Below are positions 12,350 to 24,972 of a DNA stretch of 64,000 nucleotides, piece by piece. Numbering within the stretch: the stretch's first letter is position 1; each line of letters begins with the position of its first letter. The DNA is from Squalus acanthias (taxonomy: Eukaryota): positions 2,480,001 to 2,544,000 of the forward strand of contig CM059441.1 in the NCBI GenBank assembly GCA_030390025.1. Reading direction: 5' to 3'. The translations under genes were made by a program, and so were the position numbers. The notes under the pieces were generated by a model. That model ran no database searches and was not told the origin of the DNA. It saw only the letters and a program-made list of their open reading frames with translations.

Positions 12350-13620
12350 TTTCAAATAAAGCTGTTGGACTATATCCTGGTGTTGTGCGACTTCTCACAT
12401 TTGTCCACCCCAGTCCAACACCGGCATCTCTGCATCATGGTCAGAGAGGTTGACCACTGGAATTTGGGCATTCTGTTTGGGTACATATTTTCCTCATAGT
12501 CTCCAATTTAAGCAACACTTGGTGTATAAATGGCTTTTACTGCCTTTTATTTAATAGTGATATAAATTCTGTTATATGAAAATGTTGCTCCCATTCTATA
12601 GTATTTTCTGAAATAGGTATAAACACTTTAAATTAAATAATGATCCATATTTCCACATAATCGTTACCTGCATATGGTTCTCTTTTCTTCATATCATCCT
12701 CTTCAAGTAATACCAAAGCAATTGTTGTCCCAAAGAATTGCAATGAATTTTATTGCTAGCAAAATGTATTGCTGCTTCAGTTTTTTTTTAATATGTTTTG
12801 TGCTCATCAAGATGAGGGATCCTAGTGCTGAAGAATTGGGCACTTTCTGTTTCAGGGCCTGCACTCTAACATCGGATATGGCACACTTTGGGCTGGATTT
12901 TGCCAATGGGGAGCTTTTGGAGGCGGGACTCCCACTTGTCGGGTTTTAGTCCCGCCACCATCGACTTCTGGCCAACCCACACTATTTTCCCTTGATTGAC
13001 CTTGTTAAGCCCGCCCGGGCATAGCAGGCCAATTAAGGGGAAGCCGGTTACAGAGAACGTCAACGTATGATGTTTCATCTGTCAAAAATTTTTGACAGAT
13101 GAATTGTCATCGTTTGACAGCTCTGTGAAGCTGTCAAACACTGTCATTCTCTGTAGTTTGATGAGTTCTTGTATTCAAGACCTCATCAAACCTCTTTCTT
13201 TAGCAGAAATTAGATGGTTGTTGCATTGGAGAATGCGAGACTCTTCGCATCCCCAACGATTGAAGCCTGCAGGAAGAAACAAAGGTAAGTAAACTTTTTC
13301 TAACACTTTTCACTCACCTCATATACTCACCTCTCCACACTTGCACCCATCACTTACCTTCACAGCGCTCTTTTCGATCCCTCTCACCCCCGCAGACCCA
13401 CTGCTCGCCTCGGTGACCCTGGCGGGGTTTGCAGCCTTCGGGAAGCCCGCACTTGTGTGGGTAAAACGGGGATGATCCTCTTATCTGCCTGTTAACTACC
13501 TGTTAACAGGCAGTTAAGTGGCTGTAATCCCCTTCCCGCCTCCAAGAGATGGGACCCGGCGCGGGTTGGCTACCCGCCTCCTGGGAAGATGGCACGGAGG
13601 CGGGTTGGGGGCGGGATGGG

Positions 13621-16155
13621 CCTGGTATTGTGCAACGAGATAGGATTAATTAATGACCTCATAGTGAAGGCGCCCCTAGGTAGCAGCGATCATAATATGA
13701 TTGAATTTTACATTCAGTTTGAGAGAGAGAGAAGAGTGGGTCCAAGACTAGTATTTTAAACTTAAATAAGGGCAATTATGAGGGCATGAAAGCAGAGCTA
13801 GCTAAAGTGAACTGGCAAATTAGGTTAAGGGATAGGTCAATAGAGTTGCAGTGGCAGACATTTAAGGGGATATTTCAGAATACACAGAATATATACATTC
13901 CAACAAGAAAGAAAAATTCCAAGGGGAGGACCCACCATCCGTGGTTAACTAAAAAAGTTAAATATAGTATTAAACTTAAAGAAAAAGCATATAATTGCGC
14001 AAAGATGGGTGGTAGGTCAGAAGATTGGACAGAATATAAAAAACAGCAAAGAATGACTAAAAGAATAATAAGGAGAGAAAAATTAGAGTACGAGAGAAAG
14101 CTAGCTAGAAATATAAAAAAAGATAGTGGGCCAAAAATTCGGCACTTGCCAGGTGCAAGGCCTCCTGAAGTGTCGGTTTCCTGCATGCACTGCGCATGCG
14201 CGGGAAACCGGAACTTCCGGTCTCGTGAAGGGAGGGGTTGAGAGGTGAACCGCGTGCGCGGGAGAGGCTGCGCGCACGCAGCTAACTTAGGTTTTTTTCA
14301 GGTTTCTCCGGGAAGGTAAGTATTGAAGAAGCTGCGCTTTTAAAAAGGAGGCGCAAGACCCGTTTTTAACAAGGTAAGTGGTTAATTAATTACAATTAAA
14401 AAAAATTTCAACAGGTTTATCTTTTTTAGATACTTTAAAGAAAGGTAAGTTTATTTTTAGCACTGTTAAAAAGTATTTTAATTTTTTCAAAAATTTAAAT
14501 TTTTGTTTAAAGTAGTTAATTTATTTAACTTATAGTTATTTTAAAAATGTGATGTTTAAAAAAAAAATATTTGAAGTTTAGGTGTTGTTTTGGGGCCGAT
14601 TTCAATTCATAGATTTGACAGGTCTTCCTTTCAAATCTATAAATGAAAGATGGTCTGCTGCCATTGGCTCTCCATGGCCCATGTGATCCCAGGGGACGCA
14701 TTGCACTAACTACGCCCCTGGGATACACAAGCACTGCGCGCCGGCAGCTGCAGGAGGCCCAGGAGCTGAAGTCCCCGTGGGCCCAGAGGTCAACGGCAGG
14801 CGCGGTAGGTAGGTGCGTGCGGGATCCTTGCACCCGTGGGAAGCCAGGGAGCCGAATTTCTGGGCCATTAAGAGTTTCTATAGATATTTAAAAAAGAAAA
14901 GAGTTAACAAAGTTGGTCCTATAAAAAGTGAGTCTGGGGAATTAATAATGGAAAATAAGGAGAATACAGTTGAATTGAACAGGGATTTTGCATCGGTCTT
15001 CACTATAGAGGATACAAGTAACATCCCAGAAATAGCTGTAAATCAGGAAATGGAAGGGAGGGAGGAACTCAAGAAAATTATAATCACCAGGGAAGTGGTA
15101 CTGAGCAAATTGTTGGAGCTGCGGGCTGACAAGTCCTCGGGTCCTGATGGACTTCATCCTAGGGTCTTAAAAGAAGTGGCCAGTGAGATAGTTGATGCGT
15201 TGGTTTTAATTTTCCAAAATTCCCTCGATTCGGGGAAGGTTCCATTAGATTGGAAAATAGTGACTGTAACTCCTTTATTCAAAAAGGGAGGGAGTCAGAA
15301 AGCAGGAAACTACAGGCCAGTTAGCTTAACATCTGTCATAGGGAAGATGTTAGAAGTTATTATTAAACACGTTATAGCAGGGCACTTGGAAAAGTTCAAA
15401 GTAATCAGGCAGAGTCAACATGGTTTTGTGCAAGGGAAATCATGTTTAACCAATTTATTGGAGTTCTTTGAGGAAGTAACATGTGCTGTGGATAAAGGGG
15501 AACCAATGGATGTACTGTACTTGGATTTCCAGAAGGCATTTGATAAGGTGCCACATCAAAGGTTATTGCGGAAAATAAAAGCTCATGGTGTAGGGGGTAA
15601 CATATTGGCATGGATAGAAGATTGGCGAGCTAACAGAAAACAGAGAGTAGGCATAAATGGGTCATTTCTGATTGGCAAGATGTAACGAGTGGTGTGCCAC
15701 AGGAATCAGTGCTGGAGCCTCAACTTTTTACAATTTATATAAATGACTTGGATGAAGGGACCAAAGGTATGGTTGCTAAATTTGCTGATGACACAAAGAT
15801 AGGTAGGAAAGTAAATTGTGAAGAGGGCATAAGGAGGCTACAAAGGGATATAGGTAGGTTAAGTGAGTGGGCAAAGATCTGGCAAATGGAGTATAATGTG
15901 GGAAAATGTGAAGTTGTCCATTTTGGCAGGAAGAATAAAAAAGAAGCATATTATCTAAATGGTGAGAGATTGCAGAGCTCTGAGATGCAGAGGGATCTGG
16001 GTGTCCTAGTGCATGAATTGCAAAAGGTTACTATGCAGGTACAACAAGTAATTAGGAAAGCTAATAGAATGTTATTGTTTCTTGCGAGGGGAATTGAATA
16101 CAAAAGTAGGGAGGTTATGCTTCAGTTATACAGGGCATTGGTGAGACCACATCTG
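13621..16155 (+). mobile_element. CR1 LINE ORF2 fragment (end of endonuclease plus RT), truncated at both ends
   Basis: LGSSDH, GPDGLHPRVLKE, NYRPVSLTS, DFQKAFDKVPH, KFADDTK; frameshifted; stops at LVRPHL. Confidence 0.95.
14128..14866 (+). mobile_element. Harbinger-type MITE inserted in CR1
   Basis: TIRs GGGCCAAAAATTCGGC and GCCGAATTTCTGGGCC (14/16); 3-bp flanks AGT/ATT; removal restores gatagtaagag as seen near 57008. Confidence 0.85.
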
Positions 16156-17850
16156 TTTGTAGATTCTGCCATTTTCCCAGCAGTCCCGCCTCCAAACCCG
16201 CCTCCCCAGGGCTGGCAAGATCGCGCCCATCGATAGAGTGAAGCGCCCTCCATTCTGCCCTAACCTCAGGAGCACACCTGTGCTTGCTATTGCACTAATA
16301 TGACTTCTTTCCCTTTGCTACTCCAACCATACTGTGGCCTGTCCAGGAGAGATGTCATATAATGGCATTCTTTGTGTGCAATGTCTACTTAGAAAGAAAT
16401 TGAAACTGCTTAAACTCAAGTCACATAAGATCCTCAATGCCAGCAAATGGAGGAGATTTTCATCCCATCGGTTCAGTGCCGATTCAAACCCTGTTTCATA
16501 AGTTAAAGGCTAGTATCTGACCCACTGCATCACCCTGTATATATTTTATTCTTCCTTCATATTTTTTCACATGACTTCCTGTTTCATCTCACAGGCTCCC
16601 ATCTCCATTTCACAGCCTTCTAATGAGGATAGTGGTGTTTGAATTCTTGGACCTAAGAGCTGATCGAGGTTAATTAGTTGTGTAAATCTTTTATTGATTT
16701 GGCAAGCTCATGGAATTTATTATTGATAGTTAAGTTTTTTTTTTCTCCAGTCTTTTTTTTTTAAAGGGTTGAGCTATCTCTTCATTCATGCCTGACCTTT
16801 CACTTCTAATTTTCTGCGACATGTTCGGTGGCAATGCAATCCCGTGAGGTCTGTTTTTGTTGTTTTCCATAATTTTTGCTGTGATTTGGAGTGCCTATCT
16901 CTGGTAACAAAGCATCCTGTCCTTCTGTTGTTTAAGAGCTTCATCTGCCAAACCTAAAGGATGTTGGGGGATTAAACGCAAGTGTCACAGAGTTCAATAG
17001 ATTCACATCTATATCCGCGTGACTCCTGCTTTATTATTGCTTTTGTACTATTTCCTCTTGGAAAATGTCCTTTACTCTCAGATCAATTGAGTTGCATTAA
17101 TGCAGACAGCGCACTGTTTAAAAAATGTCACATCACACTCAGTGTTGGCGTTCCACTATTCACAGAACTGATGAACCAGTTCACGAACTGTAACTCTAAG
17201 ATTGAACTGGTGCTGCACAAAGCAATTCTACACTTGTACAGTGGTAGAATCCTGTAATCCATCTCTAAATAACCATAACCTTAGAAGCAGAACACAGCAA
17301 GCCTTGCTGACCTAACAAAACCTATTTCTATTGCTTACAGCTTCAGCATTTCCTCTTCCAGAGATTTCTCTGTCTTTGTCATTTTCCGTCTGAAATTGAA
17401 AATTATCAAAGCAATATTCTATGGGCTTGTTCTCTCTGCATTGTTAAGTAAGGATGAAATTCATTCCTATCTCCAAACTTCGTTGAATTAGACCGATTCA
17501 GATTGAATTATTTTTTCCCAAGCTAGCTTTGCGGATGTATATTTTGATAGATTGTATTTGAAGCTGGTTATAAGAACACAAGGCGCAATTAAGAAATCTG
17601 ACTCTAAGCTTGGAATTCAGAGATATGAAAATGGGATTTTTGATATTCTAATGTAAAATTCAGACTTTAATGACGTGCACAAGCTGAACAGGATGTACCA
17701 TTACTGTGCCGCTTGGTGATTTGAGGAAGGAAAAAAACATAATGAATACTAAAAATGAATTCCTTTCAATTTTTTGAATAGATTTTAATATAGATGTATA
17801 ATGCATTAGAACATATGACAATTCTGCGTATGCATAACTGTAAATATATA

Positions 17851-18558
17851 GGGCTAGAAATTCGGTGCATTTGCGCCTCTTGGGCGTGGCGCTGCTAACG
17901 ACACCTGCTAAATTCAGCGTGTTTAGCGGCGGCGGATACCGGTAACGCCCCGCTCCGCTGCACAGGCGATGACAATGTAATCACTATGCACAGCGCCCAT
18001 TTTTGCCCCGCCTGCAAAATTGGCCCGCAGCCTCTGAATCTGCGCCAGTCGATGCCAGCGACCAATTCAGGGGGTGGGAATGGAGCGGCAGAAGGCTCGC
18101 GGGGCGCTAAGTAAAGGGGAGGTGGCGGGCGGGGGGGAAAAGAAATCGGCCACTTACTTGTCGTGGCCCATTGCGTCTTTGAACGTGGGGTCCGTGCCGC
18201 GATCTGGCAGCCCGGCACTCCTCGAATGCCAGGCTGCTGGCACAGCACCCCGCTCCCCGGTGGTCCAGGTAGGGCCCCGCAGAGTTGTGGGCTTGGACCC
18301 TCCCCTTTAATGAGGGGAAGAGTCCTTCCATGCGGCAGCGCTACCTGGCCCAGTGTGTAGCGCTGCAGAACGCACCGCCCCGATATTCGGGGTTAGCGCT
18401 CTAACAAGGAAGTGTAGCGCTTGATTTAGTGCTCCACCTCCCTCTTGGGGCACTAAAACTGAAGTTAGCGATCGCCGGCGCTATTTTCTGCCAGGCGTTA
18501 AATTTAGTGCCCAGGCGATATTAGCGACCCAAAATGGTCGCTAACAAATTTTTCCCCC
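17851..18558. mobile_element. GC/CpG-rich Harbinger-type MITE
   Basis: Ends GGGCTAGAAATT and AATTTTTCCCCC with ATA on both flanks; GC-rich island in AT-rich DNA. Confidence 0.7.
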
Positions 18559-19198
18559 ATATACTTTTATTGGACTGTTTTACTTGGATTTTGGTTTTAG
18601 ATGTGAAGGTGGTAACTGCCAAGCCCTACAGCTTTCTCTAATTTAAATTCTAAATAGCAGGCAGAGAAAATCCATATTTCTAGCAAATACAATGCACATT
18701 ATAATTACATAAATATGATTCTTCAGTCATCTGTAATTATCAATGTAAAAAACCAACACTTACCCAATTTCTCAGTTGGCTATTTATCTGTTACTCCAGC
18801 TACACATGAACCATCTGTGTTATATACGCTTGCATAGGCTACCCACACTTAGAAATTAACTTGCCATCTATTGTGCCCTTATAGTCTCAATTATTTCCTC
18901 TCTAATAATTTGTTTATGAATAGTAGGCCTCCAGCTCCCAAATCATGCATTAATTGACAAACATATATAAACCCACAATGAAACAGATATATTTAAACTA
19001 TGTTCGATTATTTTTGAGATAATGTAAGTTGAATATATATTTTATTGTTAAGATAATTCTGTTGATAAGTAGATTGAAGATGTAACGTAAATGTGTACTT
19101 TTTCTATATATAAATAATGTTCACTTGTCAATCTCTCGTGGTGTCAAGATGGGGAGTCAAGACCATGTGTAGTCTTCAGGTGAAATAGGGTTAAAGAG

Positions 19199-19341
19199 TG
19201 GGGGATAATTGGATCAGGATGCACAGACATAATTCAGTCTCCATTGAAGTCCATGGAAATAAAAATCGGGAGAGATGTAAAACGGGCGGTCGATTCACTA
19301 TCACCCGTTTTACACTATTGCACAAAGTCAAAATCTATCCC
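19199..19341. mobile_element. Small putative MITE
   Basis: GGGGGATAATT start, AAAATCTATCCC end, central cattgaagtccatg quasi-palindrome. Confidence 0.4.
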
Positions 19342-19430
19342 ATGCACTCTGACCTTATTTTTATATAATATTTTGATTTTATATTATTTATCGTAAAAAT
19401 GCACAACTTATGGCAATTTGGGAAGCAGGT

Positions 19431-20840
19431 TACATAAGAACTTAAGAAATAGGAGCAGGAGTAGGCCATTTGGCCCCTTGAGCCTGCTCCGCCATTCAAT
19501 AAAATAATGGTTGATCTTCTACCTCAACTCCACTTTCTGCACTATCCCAATATCCCTTGATTCCCTTAATATTCAAAAATCTATCGATCTCCGTCTTAAA
19601 TATACTCAACGACTGAGCCTCCACAGCCCTCTGGGGTAGAGAATTCCAAAGATTCACCACCCTCTGAGTGAAGAAATTTCTCCTCATCTCAGTCCTAAAT
19701 GGCCGACCCCTTATTCTGAGACTGTGACCCCTGGTTCTAGACTCCCCAGCCAGGGGAAACATCCTCCCTGCATCTACCCTGTCAAGCCCTGTAAGAATTT
19801 TGTATGTTTCAATGAGATCATCTCTCATTCTTCTAAACTCTAGAGAATATAGGCTTAGTTTACTCAATTTCTCCTCATAGGACCATCCCCCCATCCCAGG
19901 AATCAGTCTGGTGAACCTTCGTTGCACTCCCTCTATGGCAAGGTAAGGAGACCAAAACTGTACACAATTCTCCAGGTGTGGTCTCACCAGGGCCCTATAT
20001 AATTGCAGCAAGACGTCTTTACTCTTATACTCAAATCCTTTTGTAATAAAGGCAACATACCATTTGCTTTCCTAATTGCTTGCTGTACCTGCATGTTAAT
20101 TTTCAGTGATTCGTGTACAAGGACACCCAGGTCCCTCTGAATGCCAACATTTCCCAATCTCTCACCATTTAAAAAATACTCTACTTTTCTATTTTTCCTA
20201 CCAAAGTGGATAACTTCACATTTCTCCACATTATATTCCATTTGCCATGTTCTTACCCACGCACTTAGCCTGTCTATATCCCCTTGAAGCCTCCTTGCAT
20301 CCTCCTCACAACTTACATTCCAACCCAGCTTTGTATCATCAGCAAACTTGGATATATTACATTTGGTCCCCTCATCCAAATCATTGATATAGATTGTGAA
20401 TAGTTGAAGCCCAAGCACTGATCTTTGCGGTACCCCACTAGTTACAGCCTGCCAACCTGAAAATGACCCGTTTATTCCTACTCTCTTTTTTCTGTCTGTT
20501 AACCAATCCTCAATCCATGCTAGTATATTACCCCCAATCCCATGAGCACTAATTTTGTTTAATAACCTATTATCGAATGCCTTCTGAAAATCCAAATACA
20601 CCACATCCACTGGTTCCCCCTTATCTACTCTGCTAGTTACAACCTCAAAAAACTCTAACAGATTCGTCAAACACAACTTCCCTTTCATAAATCCGTGTTG
20701 ACTCTGCCCAATCCTATTATTATTTTCTAAGTGCCCTGTTACCATGGCTTTAATAATAAACTCTAGCATTTTCCCTACTACTGATGTCAGGCTAACTGGT
20801 CTGTAGTTCACCGTTTCTCTCTCCCTCCTTTCTTAAATAG
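19431..20840 (-). mobile_element. 5'-truncated CR1 LINE with 3' UTR and short-repeat tail
   Basis: ORFs 19984-20811 and 19496-20011 (KFADDTK, RRMRDDLIETYK, FFTQRVVNLWNSLP). Confidence 0.95.
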
Positions 20841-21339
20841 TTAAGAGTTCGTTGGAACATTGGGCTTTCTCTGCAGTCCAGGCTGAGGAGTTGGGAGATG
20901 CAAAACTGAGGCAGTCCAGCACTACCCCTGGCAGGAGGGTGTGATTAAAGCATGACCAGCTGACATAGCCACTTTCTATTACAAATGTGGACATAGGTGT
21001 TTATAATGAATCTCACACTGACATAAGCTTTTTAACATATTATATATAGTTGTTTCTGTCACCAAAATATTCTAGCTACTTTCTGCAGAAACTTCTACCA
21101 AATACTCTGGTGTTTATAGATATATTTTTTTTTTAATTACCACTAAATCAAAAGACCATGACATATTATTAGATAGACTAATTATGGGACTCCCACTCAC
21201 AGAGTACTGTGTTGTAATTTCTATGGAATTCTATATAAGAGTTTACATTAAAAGAATAGATACATCCCTCAACATAGGCAGCCAAGTTCACACAGCTAAG
21301 TCTTAAACCTTGAATTCTTCCTCATAAAATTCTGAAGTC

Positions 21340-21690
21340 AGAATAGCTCAGTGAGGTTATCCAGTGATTAGTTGAACCATACCAATTGGGTAGGAGCCAA
21401 GTTCATTCCCCAATCTGTGTTTAATTAGCTGATCTCAGCCAGAGAGTCAGTAAGGATCTTGCTGAATGCCCCTAGATTAAGGAGGAGAAAGTTGTCCCAC
21501 TTCTGACACTATCCAGTGCGTTCCCAGTACTGAACATGTGCGGATGCCAGGTGAAGACAAGATTGGGTTCAGCTGTGATGCGTTCAACTGGTCTGCTGAT
21601 ATTTATTGTCTAGGTAAATGAGGAATAGCTGCTTGGGTGAGGTACTGGAGGGGAAACAGCATCTGTAGAACTGTTCCCTGGAAAGGAGTT
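21340..21690 (+). repeat. Old SINE-like repeat
   Basis: tagctcagtga A-box-like head and aagttcattccc B-box-like segment; related blocks at 410-590 and 2720-2890. Confidence 0.45.
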
Positions 21691-23587
21691 AACTCAGAGA
21701 GTAGCAGAGAAAGAAATTTGACAAGAAAGGAGGAGAGCTACTGAAATAGGGAACTCCACTCGAGCCCAACTCCCAACTCCCAACTCCCACTACTACTAGA
21801 TGGATCAAATCACCATATGCAACTACTATTTTCCTCCATGATGTTATACATCATTAAAGGATAGCAAAAAGTGGAAAGCAGGCGTGCTCTTCCATTTCTC
21901 CAATATTTATTATTTAAATAAATGCTTGAAAACTAAACTAAAATTACTTAAAGGGGAAGGCGACCAGTATATCATGCAAGTTAACAAAGGAACTCTGCAA
22001 CTTTTATGCGCCTGTGCAACCTATTCTCATATACTATGGTCCATGCCAACAAGGAGTATGGTTTCTCTCTGTTTTCTTGCAATAGAATTGTTTCACTAAA
22101 AGTAGGAACAATAAGATCTGTGCTCACTTCTTTCTCATGGTGTTCTTGTGGTCTTCTCCTTCTTCAAATTTGTAAGGTGATTCGCCTCTGGTGAGTACCA
22201 CGATGATGGTGGGCTGTGTTGATGCTGTGGCGCTGCTTGGACTGCTGGATCCTTGGGGATGATTCTAGGCTGATGGTACCTGAAATATTGTGCTTTGTGA
22301 CCAGCAGGATGTCTTGGGATCCTAATAGTAAAGTGTTGGGGAGACACTGTGATTTGGGAGAACTGTATCGTACCTCCCATAACCACTACTGGCAATAATT
22401 CTTGGGATGCTTGTGGCCCCCCTGAAGCCTGTCTTGCCCCTTTCATTGCCCTAATTATATATGCACCTTGATATAAGCAGCACACATCCAATAACCTGCT
22501 CCTTTCAGGCTTTTCCCAACAACTGCTACCCCAGTCACATTCCTGACACATCATCTGGATCAAGGAGTACCACTGCAAATCAAAACAAGAACATTTCTCT
22601 TTTAATTAAGTTCTATGTTCCTTCTGGTAAATTTTGCTATCTCACATAGCAGCAGAGTACACAGCCAGTAAAGGAGCATTCCAGAGTTCTCGGGCTCTGA
22701 ATTGGCTCTCAGGGCTGTCTGAATCATGCCCCCTGTCATTTCCAATGGACCAAACTCCTCACGCCACCACTCAGCTCAGAAATTGGCATTTTACAAAAGA
22801 ATAACATCAGCCCAGATTCCCGTGAATATATGTTCTAAATAGGAAGTACTTTGAACAAAAAGTACTCTCCCAGTGAGGTGCCACATTAAACAACATGTGG
22901 ACAACGCACTTGCAATTTCATCACTCATGTGTTGTGCGTTTGGGTCAATTCATTGTATAAAAGCAATATCACACCAGGAGTTCTGTCATATTCTCTGTGG
23001 AATTAGATAAAACATTTCTTCAGTGATCATGCTCATATACATAATGCATGGACAACCGACAAATTACACTACAAGTTAATGCTTCTCTTGCCATATGCAG
23101 ACTGGAAATAAACAACAGCTCATACAGTTTGGTTATGATGATTATTTAGTTGCCAAGATATGTTTTGCCTAGATAGCAACAATGCTTGAGGCAGGTACTT
23201 ATCTATAATGAACTGTAGTACAGCACAAAAATACTGGAATGCATTGCTTTGCCCATTGCCTAATTGGGACAAAGTTGGCTCTTAGACCTAGTTTTTCCAT
23301 TTACTTTATTGATCTATTAATTTCAATCATTGATATCAAAGTGCAGCAACATAATCTACTTCCTAGTTGTATTTTTTACATTACCAACTATCACATTTGT
23401 AATTTGCTTTAATTAAATTGATTTTTTTTAAAGACACTATTCCGTATCCCTTAAATGTTTCTGATTTCTCTTAAACACAAGTTGCTGATATTTTTAGATT
23501 ACTTCCTTCGCTCCCCCACCTTTATTTGCCAACTGTGGCTCAGAAAAGAACAACATGCTCTCAAACTCCATTAATGTTGCTGTAATG

Positions 23588-23990
23588 TCACTCCCTCCAC
23601 CACCGGCGCACCGTGGCTGCAGTGAGTACCATCTACAAGATGCACTGCAGCAACTCGCCAAGGCTTCTTCGGCAGCACCTCCCAAACCCGCGACCTCTTC
23701 CACCTAGAAGGACAAGGGCAGCAGGCGAATTGGGAACACCACCACCTCCAAGTTCCCCTCCAAGTCACACACCATCCTGACTTGGAAGTATATTGCCGAT
23801 CCTTCATCGTCGCTGGGTCAAAATCCTGGAACTCCCTCCCTAACAGCACTGAGGGGGTACCTTCACCACACGGACTGCAGTGGTTCAAGGTGGCAGCTCA
23901 CCACCACCTTCTCAAGGGCAATAAGGGATGGGCAATAGATGCTGGCCTTGCCAGCGACGCCCACATCCCATAAACGAATTTTTTAAAAAG
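23588..23990 (+). mobile_element. 3' end of a LINE (CR1/L2-group-like ORF2 C-terminus plus UTR)
   Basis: Near-identical to 25889-26288; A-rich end. Confidence 0.85.
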
Positions 23991-24954
23991 ACAACTGTTA
24001 GAAGAAGCTTTGTGATGATGCTCCCTCTAATTACCCCTCGTCCTTTTGGTTGGTGGCTGGCCCCTCCTTGCATGCCCCATTGCAGCAGCGTGGTTGAGAT
24101 TAACAATTCAGCAGTTTAGCGAACTGTAGGTAGCAACCCATATCCCACCGCTCCATGGTGCCACATGAAGACCAAGCCACCGTTGTTAAGATCTTGTTAT
24201 AAAACTGTGCTGCATGTCACGTCTGCATTTTCGGCAGTGATTGAGAGTTGTACTGGCTGAAGGTACTGCAGTTTAAACCGGTAAGCAGTAGTGATAACAT
24301 TAAAGAAATGTAAAAATAATTGGATCAAATTGAAAAGCAGGCACCATTTTAAATAGTCAACTCCTGCTGGTTTATTTTAATTTGTGTTATAAAAAATTCA
24401 ATTGGCATTCAAGATAAAGACACGCTAATGGCATTTCCAGCAGAGTAGACAAAGAAAAACACTTGACAGTCACTTTAAAATATGATGCTATTATATTTTC
24501 TTCAGCCCTCAATATATTTGATTTTATACAAGGGTGATAGATCACAGCAATGCAGAAAATAACTTTGTCCTCCTTACCCAAGGTAGGGTACAGCATCAGG
24601 CAATCAAGATATTCTTGCTAATGATAAAAATAATACTTGCACTTATATGTTGCATTCCACATTGGAACGCCTTATTATGCTTCACACAACAATTTACTTT
24701 TGAGATCCAGTGGCCTTGGATTGCGCGCGATCCCACTGTAGCACAAGCTGCAATGAGGCTGCATCAGGACCAGAGCCAATGGGCTCCTATACACCTGGAT
24801 CGTTTCAGTGTACAGGGCAGCCGACCAGTTGTAATGTATTATCACATGGTTTGGTATGAGCATGCTCAGTTCGCTCTGTAAATAAACAAGCACATGGACT
24901 AGCAACTAATACCGTCTCTGTCCTTCATTTGTTCTACGCACGTATCTTACATTT

Positions 24955-24972
24955 TGGCGACGAGGATGGGAT
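24955..24972 (+). promoter_or_regulatory. Primer binding site, tRNA-Ser(GCT)
   Basis: TGGCGACGAGGATGGGAT is complementary to the 3' end of vertebrate tRNA-Ser(GCT). Confidence 0.85.

Larger units (their letters stand above)
12123..12436. mobile_element. Palindromic Penelope family B mini-element (inverted termini plus tail)
   Basis: Arms 12122-12229 and 12288-12400; 11-bp TSD ATGGTCAGAGA at 12112-12122 and 12437-12447; arms match the end of the PLE at 46989. Confidence 0.9.
11466..12455. mobile_element. Rearranged partial copy of the 7043-8776 Harbinger element
   Basis: 11540-11925 aligns to 7150-7515; subterminal block repeated near 11940-12065; interrupted by a PLE mini-element. Confidence 0.7.
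12890..16228 (+). mobile_element. Harbinger-type MITE split by a CR1 insertion (parts 12890-13626 and about 16167-16228)
   Basis: Both parts are colinear with the reverse complement of the intact copy at 52876-53697. Confidence 0.8.

Noticed and set aside
12122-12400. CRISPR array or bacterial terminator
   Set aside because: Eukaryotic context; inverted arms match a PLE terminus; no repeat-spacer periodicity
21766-21790. (CCCAACT)3 telomere-like repeat
   Set aside because: Only three units and not TTAGGG; ordinary microsatellite
22135-22578. 147-aa ORF, possible Harbinger transposase debris
   Set aside because: Only a weak GGTIQF resemblance
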